Virus record (IMG/VR): IMGVR_UViG_3300044640_002221
Span: 64,001 to 128,000 of that record
Reading direction: 5' to 3' (one strand)
Origin: a virus
DNA length: 64,000 nucleotides
Part shown: positions 7,064 through 16,192 of the stretch, piece by piece
Layout of the letters: each line of letters starts with the position of its first letter
How positions within the stretch are numbered: the stretch's first letter is position 1
The notes under the pieces: generated by a model
What the model was told of the DNA's origin: nothing
The model's input: only the letters and a program-made list of their open reading frames with translations
Databases searched by the model: none
Translations under genes and position numbers: made by a program

Positions 7064-10000
7064 ATGTCTAGCCCAGCCGACTTTGACCCTACAAGAATTA
7101 TTAACAAACATTCAGCTACAGCTAACACTGTTCCTAGTCTGTCTACTCTAGAAATTGATGACCAGTTAGTTGGTTTGTATAAAGGTGAGATAGCTGTAAA
7201 TCATTACTCTAATGGCACTTTACTATCTTCTGTAGGGTTATTCATTAGAGTAGGAGCTACCACAACAGAAGAGGTTTCTGACAAATTAGTTCGCATAGGC
7301 CCTGCTTTTGTTACTAACGACTTAACTACAACTACCGCTCCTACTTTAAGTAATCTTTCTAATCCCAGCCTTAATCTTGCTGGACAACTATGGTTAAGAA
7401 CTACAGACTCAGCCGTTTTTATTCATAACTCTATAGGTTGGCAGAGAGTAACTCCTTTAGTGGCTACTGCCGCGACAGCTGGGTTAGTGAGATTAGCAAC
7501 AGAAGCCGACTTAAATGCTGAAGTTTCTGACAGAGTTCTCACACCAGCACTATTAAAGAGTTGGAGAGATAATAAGAAGCTTATAAGTGAAAAAGAATCA
7601 GCGTTCTCTTTTTATGTGGATTGTTACTCTGGTGATGATTCGGTAGAAAACGATGGTAGAGACCTTTATAGACCTTTCAAAACTATTGAGCGAGCTTTAC
7701 TTGAAGTTGCTAAAGTCAGTTATCTACCAGATGCGGGTACTGGCAGCAGAGACTATTACGCTAACTCTACTGTTTTTGTAGGCATTGGAGATTATGTAGT
7801 TGACAACAGACCAGGTTCGGCTCTAGTATCTGAAATTTTATCTTCGGCTGCTGACTCTACAGAACCAATTCAACCTATTAGTGTTGGTGCTATCACAAGC
7901 TATGATCTTACGACTCAAACTTTAGTATTAAGTGGTGGAGTAACTGAAGAGTTAACTGTTGGGACTCAGTTATTTTCTAGTGGTGGTGGAAAAGCTGTAA
8001 TAGAAGCACAACTAGAAACAGGGTACAAATTAAAATCTGTTAGCGGCTCTTGGCTGCCAACTTTAACTGTCAGAGTCTCACAACATAGAGTTTATAACAG
8101 TGTTACAGGCGGTGTTATAGTCCCAAGAGGGTGTTCTATTGTAGGAGCAGACTTAAGAAAAACCAGAATAAGACCAAAGTATGTTGGTGACTTCACTGCT
8201 TGGCAAGATGATTCTGGTTGTTTTGGCACAGGTAGAACATCAATCTTTAAGTTAACAGGCGGGTCTCACTGTACTGCTTTTACATTTACAGATAACTTAA
8301 ATATTCTCTCAACACACCATCTCTGTACTTGCGTTGAGTTTGCTTCTAGCGATGAGTTATCTAATTCAACTTCTGGTTATTACTCTAAAGTCTTTAAAGG
8401 TCTAGGAGCTACTGTTAGCCCGACTATGTTAGCTACTAACTTGGCGGCTGTACTTGAAGAGAGTAGTATTGTGTCTCCTACAATATCTTCTACAGAGTTA
8501 GATCCTAATGGCTTTACTGCTGTTAACAGTGTTGTGGGTTCCTCTCCTTACGTCTTTAACTGCTCTGTGCTTTCCAGGTTTGGTCTGTGCGGTATGTTGG
8601 TTGACGGAGCAAAGGCAACTGGCTTTAGAAGTATGGTGACAGCACAGTTTACTAATGTCTCCCTGCAAGTTGACTCTAGAGCTTTTGAGAATGATATTGC
8701 TACTCCTGGTGGTAAAAGATATAAAGAACTATGGAGACACTTCTCGTTTAAAGCTTGTAACAACGGTTATATCCAGATTGTTAGTTGCTTTGTAGTGGGC
8801 TCGGCTATTCACTATCAAACAGTAGATGGTGGAGAAATGAGTATCACAAACAGTTGCTCTAACTTTGGTGACTTGTCTCTTGTTTCTAATGGGTATAGCA
8901 CCAATATTCTTCCTCAAGATACTGGCGGTACTATTACAAAACTTATCAGCCCTAAACCTCTTTCTCTAACTCCGGTAGAGATACCAACTCTTCCTTTTGT
9001 AGCAGCTAACTCTACAACTACTAAGCTATATCTTGAAGGAGATTTAGCTGAAGAAAGAATAGCTCCTTTTACCTTTGTAGGTGGCGACACTCTTTATGTA
9101 AATGATGGTGAAGGTACAGAGTATACTGCAAAACTATCGGCTACAGCTCCTTTCTTTGCTCAAGATAGTAACGGCTGGTACTTTATCACTCAAGCAACTT
9201 CTAACGGCATCTATGCTAATAGAGCTTTGATAAACTTATTTCCTATTTCTATCAAAAGGGTGGTTGACGAGAGATCACAAGACGACAGAATCTATTGGTT
9301 AAAGCTGGAAGGATTAACCTCTGACTCTCAGCGTAGACCTTTAGAAAACTTTGTTCTTAGGTTTAACCAGACTTTAATGAGTAAGACTCTCGCAAGAAGT
9401 CTATTTGTAGCAGCAGTTAAAACTACTGATAGTGCCGGAGTTAATCTTGCTACTGGAACTTATTTAATAGCATTACTAAGTGCAGATGGTAATAATGACC
9501 TGACTGAGAATATTTATCCACCAATAGCGGTTAATGCCCCTCTTGAGAACTCTGCTACTAGCTTGACTTACAAGGCTATGCAGACTCTACTCACTGCTTT
9601 AGAGATATCACAAGCGGAGCAATCAACCTTACTGGTGGCATCTAACTCTGAAGCTACTATTCCAGTAACTATCCGTCCTGACTTTGCTAGACCCTCGTTG
9701 ATAAGATGCTCTATGCACACTTGGGAGTGGCAAGGGTACATGAACTACTCTTCTGCTTTACCTAAGTTTCAACAAAAAGTTTTATCCTTTACTGACTCAA
9801 TGAAAAGAATAAAGGTAGAAACAGAGGGAGGTCGTGTTTACTCTACTGGTATAGATCAAGACGGTAATTTTATTGTTGGTAATAAGGTTATTGACTTAAA
9901 GACTGGTAATGAAAAGGCACTTAACGGAGCTAATACAGACTCTCAAGTGTTTAAGAAGCTAACAGTGACTGAAAGGCTGTTAATGTTTCCTAACTCTACT

Positions 10001-10834
10001 TTAGATTTGAGGTCTACAAAGCTAAGTATTGATTCACGGACTAGGTTTACAAGCCCTATTACTACTAACTCTCTTACTTACGCCACAACCGAGCAGCCAG
10101 GGTTTATAGAGATTGCTAATGTTGCTGAAGTTATTGCGGGGACTAATAATAAACTAGCTGTAGTGCCTGCTACTTTAAAAGCAGTTACAGACTTGTTAGA
10201 AACAGGGATAGGAAACATACTAGACTCTTTAGTACCTATATTAGACTCTTTAGTGCCTCTAGGAACAATTATTGAGGCTTCTACTAATACTGCTCCTACT
10301 TGGGGAACATGGATGCCTGCTGATAACAGAGAAATATCTGTCGAAACTTACCCAGAGTATTATGCTGCTTTAGGAAGTCCAACCTTATCCTCTGAACCTT
10401 CATTAGCGGCTCCTTTAGGAAAGTATAGAATACCAGATAGAAGAGATAGAGTTTCTGTGGGTGCTGGAGGAAGTTATAGTTTGGGGTCTACAGGGGGAGC
10501 ACCCACTCATACTTTGACTATTAATGAGATGCCTACTCATAGTCATACTGCTGATCACACACATACTTATAATGATCCCTCTCACACTCATGTTTTAACT
10601 TTAGGAGGAACTCAACTTAGAGGATATGCTGAGGGCAATGGAGCAAAAGGAGATGGAGCAGAATTAACCACTATACCCGGGGGTTCTCTAATGTATGCAC
10701 TTAATTCTTATAGCTATACTGGGATTACTATTAATCCTACTTCTGGGCTTACAACCAGCAGTCAAGGTTTAGGGCAAGCTCACAACAATATGCAACCCTA
10801 CATAGTTCACAATCATTTTGTAAGAGTCAAGTAG
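7064..10834 (+). CDS. Long tail fibre / receptor-binding protein with C-terminal tail-collar domain
   Basis: Fibre repeats ATAGLVRLATEA and TEQPGFIEIANVAE; YVD...GDD...DG....PFKTIERAL and VIVPRGCSIVGADLRKT (cyanophage-type beta-helix); collar ending PLGTII...HNNMQPYIV. Confidence 0.85.
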   Translation: MSSPADFDPTRIINKHSATANTVPSLSTLEIDDQLVGLYKGEIAVNHYSNGTLLSSVGLFIRVGATTTEEVSDKLVRIGPAFVTNDLTTTTAPTLSNLSNPSLNLAGQLWLRTTDSAVFIHNSIGWQRVTPLVATAATAGLVRLATEADLNAEVSDRVLTPALLKSWRDNKKLISEKESAFSFYVDCYSGDDSVENDGRDLYRPFKTIERALLEVAKVSYLPDAGTGSRDYYANSTVFVGIGDYVVDNRPGSALVSEILSSAADSTEPIQPISVGAITSYDLTTQTLVLSGGVTEELTVGTQLFSSGGGKAVIEAQLETGYKLKSVSGSWLPTLTVRVSQHRVYNSVTGGVIVPRGCSIVGADLRKTRIRPKYVGDFTAWQDDSGCFGTGRTSIFKLTGGSHCTAFTFTDNLNILSTHHLCTCVEFASSDELSNSTSGYYSKVFKGLGATVSPTMLATNLAAVLEESSIVSPTISSTELDPNGFTAVNSVVGSSPYVFNCSVLSRFGLCGMLVDGAKATGFRSMVTAQFTNVSLQVDSRAFENDIATPGGKRYKELWRHFSFKACNNGYIQIVSCFVVGSAIHYQTVDGGEMSITNSCSNFGDLSLVSNGYSTNILPQDTGGTITKLISPKPLSLTPVEIPTLPFVAANSTTTKLYLEGDLAEERIAPFTFVGGDTLYVNDGEGTEYTAKLSATAPFFAQDSNGWYFITQATSNGIYANRALINLFPISIKRVVDERSQDDRIYWLKLEGLTSDSQRRPLENFVLRFNQTLMSKTLARSLFVAAVKTTDSAGVNLATGTYLIALLSADGNNDLTENIYPPIAVNAPLENSATSLTYKAMQTLLTALEISQAEQSTLLVASNSEATIPVTIRPDFARPSLIRCSMHTWEWQGYMNYSSALPKFQQKVLSFTDSMKRIKVETEGGRVYSTGIDQDGNFIVGNKVIDLKTGNEKALNGANTDSQVFKKLTVTERLLMFPNSTLDLRSTKLSIDSRTRFTSPITTNSLTYATTEQPGFIEIANVAEVIAGTNNKLAVVPATLKAVTDLLETGIGNILDSLVPILDSLVPLGTIIEASTNTAPTWGTWMPADNREISVETYPEYYAALGSPTLSSEPSLAAPLGKYRIPDRRDRVSVGAGGSYSLGSTGGAPTHTLTINEMPTHSHTADHTHTYNDPSHTHVLTLGGTQLRGYAEGNGAKGDGAELTTIPGGSLMYALNSYSYTGITINPTSGLTTSSQGLGQAHNNMQPYIVHNHFVRVK
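10217..10258 (+). repeat. 21-nt in-frame tandem duplication (ILDSLVP x2)
   Basis: ATACTAGACTCTTTAGTACCT / ATATTAGACTCTTTAGTGCCT. Confidence 0.85.
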
Positions 10835-10835
10835 C

Positions 10836-11852
10836 TTAAAGTATTTCTGGGGCGGAGAGACCTAGTTCTTGAGCTTTAGCTGCTAGTCTTTTCAGCTCCA
10901 GGTTACTAATCTGTCTTACTCTATAGTGAGTAATATTTAAAATACTTCCTATCTCTTTAGCAGTCATAGGAGCTTCACCATCCAAACCAAATCTCCAAGT
11001 CAGGATATTTCTTTCTCTATCGTTACTGTCTTCCATGAGAAGGGTTAAAGTAGCTAGATAGTCTAACTTCTCTAAGCTTGGAAGTATCTGGTCTTCTGCT
11101 TCTATTAACTCTCCTATAGTGCATTTCGAGTCAGCAAACTCTCCTGTAACAATATCTGTGGAGCAAACGCTTTGGCTCCACCTCTGCAAATTAACTATTT
11201 TTTCATAGGGTAAACACATTACTTCGGCTAACTGTGCCACTTTAGGAGTGCAGCCGCTTTGTTCTGTTAATACTTTAGTTATTCTTTTTAGCTTATTAAC
11301 CTGTTCGTGAACCATTACAGGCAGTCTTATAGTTCTACTCTGTTGAGTTATAGACCTAGTTATAGCTTGTCTAATCCAGCAAGAAGCATAGGTAGAAAAC
11401 TTAAAACCCTTGTCTGGGTCGAACTTCTCGGCGGCTCTATTCAACCCTACAGAACCTTCTTGCACTAAGTCTATTAGAGACTCTTCTTGTTTTCTGGCGT
11501 ATCCTTTTGCTAAAACTACTACTAATCTTAAATTAGCTTCTATAAGTTTTTTTCTAGCGTTACTAGCTCTTTTTAATATAGTATTTAACTCTTGTAAGCT
11601 TATTCCTATTGTTTCTGCTTGCTGTAAAGTAGCTATGGGTTTAGCGAGATTTAATTTTAGTTGAGGGTGTTGTTCTGCTAAACCCATAGCCTTTCTTACA
11701 ATCCTGCCTAAAGACTTTTCCTCCTCAGCGGTTAGCAGTTTATACCTTCCTATAGCTCGTAAAAAAGCACCAAGGCAATCTTCTTCTCTGCCGTTTGGTT
11801 CTTCTATTCTTATATCCTGTAATACTGTCGTTTTCTTCTTGTCTGTCTTCAT
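10836..11852 (-). CDS. Sigma70-family sigma factor (cyanobacterial group 1/2-like)
   Basis: FLRAIGRYKLLTAEEE (region 1.2), ANLRLVV..AK.Y, DLVQEG..GL.RA.EKFDPDKGFKFSTYA..WIRQAITR, RTIRLP, region 4 HTH. Confidence 0.93.
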   Translation of the reverse strand: MKTDKKKTTVLQDIRIEEPNGREEDCLGAFLRAIGRYKLLTAEEEKSLGRIVRKAMGLAEQHPQLKLNLAKPIATLQQAETIGISLQELNTILKRASNARKKLIEANLRLVVVLAKGYARKQEESLIDLVQEGSVGLNRAAEKFDPDKGFKFSTYASCWIRQAITRSITQQSRTIRLPVMVHEQVNKLKRITKVLTEQSGCTPKVAQLAEVMCLPYEKIVNLQRWSQSVCSTDIVTGEFADSKCTIGELIEAEDQILPSLEKLDYLATLTLLMEDSNDRERNILTWRFGLDGEAPMTAKEIGSILNITHYRVRQISNLELKRLAAKAQELGLSAPEIL

Positions 11853-11905
11853 ACGCTGTTAGTTTTAGTAGTTAGGCTTATACTAACAGTTTTGTTGCCT
11901 TGTGT

Positions 11906-13258
11906 TCAACCTACCTCTAAGAATTTTGATGCTCCACAATTAGAGGCTATATTCTTTAATGCTTCTCTGATACCAAAATGTTCCTTTGCTGAACCATAAA
12001 CGCAGTGCATTACTGTGTTATTAACTTCTACAATTGGTGTAAGAAATCTGTTTAAACACTCTTCCATGCCGTTTTCTATTTCATCATATCCTTCTACTAA
12101 TTCTGGGGCTTGGTTCTCCTCTACTTCTTTATCTAAAGTCTGTAAGTCCACAATCATCTTTCTAGGGGCGTAGTAAGGCGGCTTATAGACTAACGCAATA
12201 ATAACAGAGGCACACGTGATGTTTATGCCGACAATACTACGACTGCGACCTGTATGACGGCGCAGAACTAATAGGTGTAAAGGAGTCAGCCCGCCGGCTT
12301 CTATAATTGGGCCACAAAACATAGCTGCTTTATGTCCTATTGTTATCAAACCAAAACCACCAGGCTTGATTATATTACCCAACTGACCGCATAGTTTGAT
12401 AAAACCTTCCTCTTCATCTTTTATAAAGCTATATCTCATAGGAGCTTCTACTACTGCTACGTCAACAGACTCATAAGGTACTTTATTCAAAGCTGTTGGT
12501 GCTAAACCTTTATAAACTTTTGACTTCATTCCTCCAGTAGAAAGAGCAGCCTTTTCTTTTTGTATTTCCTCATCTTGTGTCTTTTCTTTTTCTTTTTTTA
12601 TAGATAATAAAGCTTCTTTTGTGCTCTTAAAGCCAGAGTTAGTATCTGTTACTAAAAGATTTGCTACTTCTATTTGTCTTTTAGCACTCAGTTTAGAAAG
12701 GTTCCTTAGTTCCTTTGCGTCCTCTGCTACACTACTTTCTGCTAAAACATCTATGACTTGTGGGTTTACTCCAGCCTCGGCTAGTTTTATCTTTCTGTAT
12801 ACTTTTATTAAGTCAGTTATTTCTTCTCTTGTTGGGGGTTCTTTAGATGCAGCTGCTAGTTTAAGTATTTCTTCTTTTACTTCAGGCTCTACAGTTGTTC
12901 TGGCTGTGTTATACAAAGCACTTAAGCTTAATCTAGATATTCCTTTTGAATGCTCTTCACCATGCTCTAAAACTAAGTTATAGAGGTTTATAAGATTATT
13001 GGCTGTGTCATGAGATATTTCACCTACTAACTCTGTCTCAACCCATCTTTGCCAAAGTTTGCCTTTGTTATTCTTCATGAATATCTCTCTAGCTACTTTA
13101 AGCTTTCCACCAATCTCAACCGCTACTGTCTGGCTTTGTCTTCTCCAAGAAGAACTTATTTCTAAAACTTCAGTGGCAATTGTTTTAAGCTCTTCTGAAG
13201 CTGTTTCTTCTATTTCTAGAAACTCATTAGTTAAAATTAAAGAACCGTTATTTAACAT
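11906..13258 (-). CDS. DUF3102-like domain fused to a degenerate DNA methyltransferase-like domain
   Basis: N-terminal EIGGKLKVAR..GKLWQRWVE..ISHDTANNLINLY; C-terminal VYKG..LNKVPYESVDVAVVEAPM where DPPY/NPPY would be expected. Confidence 0.6.
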   Translation of the reverse strand: MLNNGSLILTNEFLEIEETASEELKTIATEVLEISSSWRRQSQTVAVEIGGKLKVAREIFMKNNKGKLWQRWVETELVGEISHDTANNLINLYNLVLEHGEEHSKGISRLSLSALYNTARTTVEPEVKEEILKLAAASKEPPTREEITDLIKVYRKIKLAEAGVNPQVIDVLAESSVAEDAKELRNLSKLSAKRQIEVANLLVTDTNSGFKSTKEALLSIKKEKEKTQDEEIQKEKAALSTGGMKSKVYKGLAPTALNKVPYESVDVAVVEAPMRYSFIKDEEEGFIKLCGQLGNIIKPGGFGLITIGHKAAMFCGPIIEAGGLTPLHLLVLRRHTGRSRSIVGINITCASVIIALVYKPPYYAPRKMIVDLQTLDKEVEENQAPELVEGYDEIENGMEECLNRFLTPIVEVNNTVMHCVYGSAKEHFGIREALKNIASNCGASKFLEVG

Positions 13259-13377
13259 ACAGCCTTCCTGTTTTATTTTTAGGTCTCTAGATTATAACTT
13301 CTATTTTGTTATTTTGAAACCTAAAAATAAAATTTATTGTAAGGTGTATACAATTACAGCTTAATGACAGGGGGTGT

Positions 13378-13629
13378 TTAAATACAGCTTACTACGTTAG
13401 CTACGCGTGAAAGCAGGTTAAAATTGTACCCAATACTACTATATGAATTTGTTAATACTTTAACATCTTCTGGAGTTAATTTATTTTCTGCTAATTGCGG
13501 TAGAACATAATACTCTAAAAATACCTCAGCTTCTTTCTCTGTTAATGTTAAAACTCCCTCAACTATCCATCTACTAATAACTTGAGTTGGGGGTAGAGAA
13601 GATTTCTGATTATCTAAAGAAACAAGCAT
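13378..13629 (-). CDS. Hypothetical protein
   Basis: ORF track; ATG start. Confidence 0.6.
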   Translation of the reverse strand: MLVSLDNQKSSLPPTQVISRWIVEGVLTLTEKEAEVFLEYYVLPQLAENKLTPEDVKVLTNSYSSIGYNFNLLSRVANVVSCI

Positions 13630-13808
13630 AAGTGCTACTTTTTACTAGATTGCTTGACTATTATAGTTAAAAGTTAAGTTATATGCCTACTTGAAAAGAT
13701 TGATGATAAACGACAAAAGCAAGCATTTACTCTATGGAATGTAAGAGCTATTATGTGTGCAAAAAACCTTTCTTAACTCAACGAACTGTTCGTCGTTTTT
13801 TTGCTAAG

Positions 13809-14507
13809 TTAATTGGGTTGAAAGTTTTTTGCTCCTATACCATGAACGTCAACTACTATATTGCCAAACCTACCATTACACTTACCACAATCTTGACAAG
13901 TTATGGCATAGTTACTACTATCTGCTGGGCAGTAGGTTTCATCCGGCAGTACAGGTTCATGTTTTTGTTTAACTCTAAAGGTCTTCCACCCTCTTGAGTT
14001 TGCTTCTGTTTTTAGTCTTACACTTTCTACTGAAGCTTGTATATGTTGTCTCCATCTAGAGTCACAATCTCTCCATCTGTGAGTGTACCCTGTTTTGATT
14101 CTTGTCACTTTTAGTAATGCCTCCCATATTTCAAAGGGAACTGCAGTAGCTTCTCCATAAGCGGCTATTCTTAAATCTCTACCATTTAACTTGTAAGAAG
14201 TTTTAATTAAAGGATACTTATCTTCCTTATAAGCCTTGTACACCTGTCCTATAGTCATGTGGTTAACATAACAGATTCTTCCTTTACCTTTATCTCCCCT
14301 TAGAGGACAGCTACCACATACTGACTCATCTGCTCCACTCCTAATAGCTTCTGTAGGATGAATATCTTTTGGTAAAATCCAAGTCTGTAACATCCAACCT
14401 GTCTTGCGATTAGCTGAGGGTCTAGTTGTACCTGTTACCAGCAAAATAATAGAAGCTCCATTAATTAATGAAGCTCCCTCCCATATAACATTTCCGTTTG
14501 GTATCAT
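13809..14507 (-). CDS. Cys-rich conserved phage-type protein, possibly Fe-S binding
   Basis: NRKTG.M.QTWI, CGSCP....CY, R..AYGE, TGYTHRW, CPA....TCQDCGKC, VHG. Confidence 0.6.
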   Translation of the reverse strand: MIPNGNVIWEGASLINGASIILLVTGTTRPSANRKTGWMLQTWILPKDIHPTEAIRSGADESVCGSCPLRGDKGKGRICYVNHMTIGQVYKAYKEDKYPLIKTSYKLNGRDLRIAAYGEATAVPFEIWEALLKVTRIKTGYTHRWRDCDSRWRQHIQASVESVRLKTEANSRGWKTFRVKQKHEPVLPDETYCPADSSNYAITCQDCGKCNGRFGNIVVDVHGIGAKNFQPN

Positions 14508-14556
14508 CTGTTCTGGCTTATTTTAATTTCTTTCTTTCGCTCTCTCTCGTCTTTTT

Positions 14557-15105
14557 TTATTCAGACTTGAACAAGTCCTGCTCAGCTTTTCTTCTTAGGA
14601 CTAGCCCCTTTAAAATCCCTCTTCTACCTCTTCTCCATTTTGGCAGCTCGTCCGCCGCCCCGGCATAATCTCCTCTGTTCAGCTTCTTCAGTAAAGAAGA
14701 CCTTTGAAAAGCTCCGTCTCCTGTATTAAAAGTGAAAGATACTAGAGCACTAAACTGGTTATCAGTAAGAGGAACCTTTACATATTTACTAACTACAGCC
14801 TCAAATTCTTTCATATCTTGCTGTAGCAGTAGCTCTGCTTTCTCTACTGTAATAGCTCTACCTTGCCTTGCGGTTTTACCTGTATGACCCCACCCAATAC
14901 TTTTTACACCTGATGGACATAAGTAAGGTCTTAGGTACAAACCTTCAAAGTGTTTAACCAGTTTTAACCCCGCTGGGTTGATACGTCTTTCTTGTTTAAC
15001 TGGTTGTATACTGACTTCTTCTTCTTCTTCTTGCTTAAAGTCTATTAAAGGTGTATGCCACTTGAGAGTAACTGCTAATAGAAGGGATTCAAACATTTCT
15101 GTCAA
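14557..15105 (-). CDS. GH24 phage lysozyme (endolysin)
   Basis: HFEGLYLRPYLCPSGVKSIGWGHT, NQFSALVSFTFNTG, GLVLRRKAEQDLF; catalytic triad variant E-C-S. Confidence 0.92.
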   Translation of the reverse strand: MTEMFESLLLAVTLKWHTPLIDFKQEEEEEVSIQPVKQERRINPAGLKLVKHFEGLYLRPYLCPSGVKSIGWGHTGKTARQGRAITVEKAELLLQQDMKEFEAVVSKYVKVPLTDNQFSALVSFTFNTGDGAFQRSSLLKKLNRGDYAGAADELPKWRRGRRGILKGLVLRRKAEQDLFKSE

Positions 15106-15190
15106 TTGAGTTCTACATCCGCTGAAGTGCGGCTAACTATTGGTCTATCCCTATTTTCTCACTAGTTGAAGATTAATGGAATGTTATAAG

Positions 15191-15229
15191 CTAAAAGCCT
15201 CTTAAATCAATGATTTAAGAGGCTTTTAG
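15191..15229. terminator. Perfect 18-bp hairpin, bidirectional terminator-like
   Basis: CTAAAAGCCTCTTAAATC-AAT-GATTTAAGAGGCTTTTAG. Confidence 0.85.
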
Positions 15230-15519
15230 GTGCTGGCGTAACAGCCTAGAGGTTAACTATCGTTCTGAGAATAACGTATAAGACCTTGTTCTAGGGTTTT
15301 ATCGAGCGTTGACCCTTAATGGTTGAGCTTTGATAAATAAGAACTTTGAGCTTTTAGGATTGAAAGTTGAACTTTGAAGGTTGAGCTTTGAAGTCTTTTC
15401 TTCGGATGGTTCACTGACCACTAAAGAACGATACGCTTTATGTACACTTCGCCGAGTGTTGGTTAGCCTTTGCCCCAGCTAGAGGGTTCTCTGATTTAAG
15501 TTATTCGCTATGACAGCAC
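15230..15519 (-). ncRNA. Putative ~290-nt structured ncRNA with heptamer-repeat core
   Basis: Bounded by an extended -10 promoter and a terminator. The ends pair (GUGCUG/CAGCAC), with internal long-range helices and 13 UCAAAGY-like heptamers at 15391-15299. Confidence 0.75.
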
Positions 15520-15523
15520 TGTA

Positions 15524-15532
15524 ATTATAACA
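15524..15532 (-). promoter_or_regulatory. Extended -10 promoter TGtTATAAT for the ncRNA
   Basis: Consensus TGnTATAAT; predicted start at ~15519-15517 coincides with the 5' strand of the closing helix. Confidence 0.7.
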
Positions 15533-15533
15533 C

Positions 15534-16157
15534 CTAAACTTCGATTGTGGTTGTGGAGTTACTAACTGAGATAATGTCATCTACATTATTCATAAAAGCC
15601 TCTACGTCATCATGAAGTTTATTGATTAAAGTAACCAAGTTGAGCGGATCTATAGCAGTAGCTTGATTACGTTCTAAAAAAGGTGTAGCAACGGCTTTAT
15701 AGTCTGACTCTGCTATATCAGTCTTTCCTTGAAAGGTAGACTTGATTAAGTCATCTAACCTATCAGAAACTCTGTTATTTAGGGAAGTCACGGTAGATTC
15801 TACTTTCTTCAGCTGCTGCTGCATTACTTTACCAAGCTGTAGTCGGTACAGGATAGACTGTTTAGTCTCAATAGCAGCGGCTACAGTGTACTCCTTACCA
15901 GCAATAGTAACTTTGGTTGCGCCGTTACTGTTAACTATTGCTTGCTTGATTTTCTCACGATAGTCAATAAGGTCGTTAATAGCCTGGTAACTGCTCTTAA
16001 TAGCTTTTTCTAACTCTTCTTGGCTTCGGTAGCCTACTGGCAGCTGACCTGGCTTTTCCATTAAGAAGACAAAAGTAGACTCAGAAGTGAGTTTTGTGAT
16101 GCGATCGCCTAAAGTTTTGAGTTCTTTGAGGGCGCGAGTGATTGTTAAGGTTGTCAT
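15534..16157 (-). CDS. Long helical-hairpin protein (DIP1984/DUF6847-like by recollection), directly upstream of the ncRNA
   Basis: MTTLTITRALKELKTLGDRI...KIKQAIVNSNGATKVTIAGKEYTVAAAI...IISVSNSTTTIEV. The family name is tentative. Confidence 0.6.
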   Translation of the reverse strand: MTTLTITRALKELKTLGDRITKLTSESTFVFLMEKPGQLPVGYRSQEELEKAIKSSYQAINDLIDYREKIKQAIVNSNGATKVTIAGKEYTVAAAIETKQSILYRLQLGKVMQQQLKKVESTVTSLNNRVSDRLDDLIKSTFQGKTDIAESDYKAVATPFLERNQATAIDPLNLVTLINKLHDDVEAFMNNVDDIISVSNSTTTIEV

Positions 16158-16192
16158 AAAGAAGATTGATTGTTGAATGTGAATATTGTAAC

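Noticed and set aside
13271-13332. 14-bp inverted repeat TTTTATTTTTAGGT/ACCTAAAAATAAAA
   Set aside because: It is low-complexity and AT-rich with a long spacer, so it could easily be chance or an ordinary terminator.
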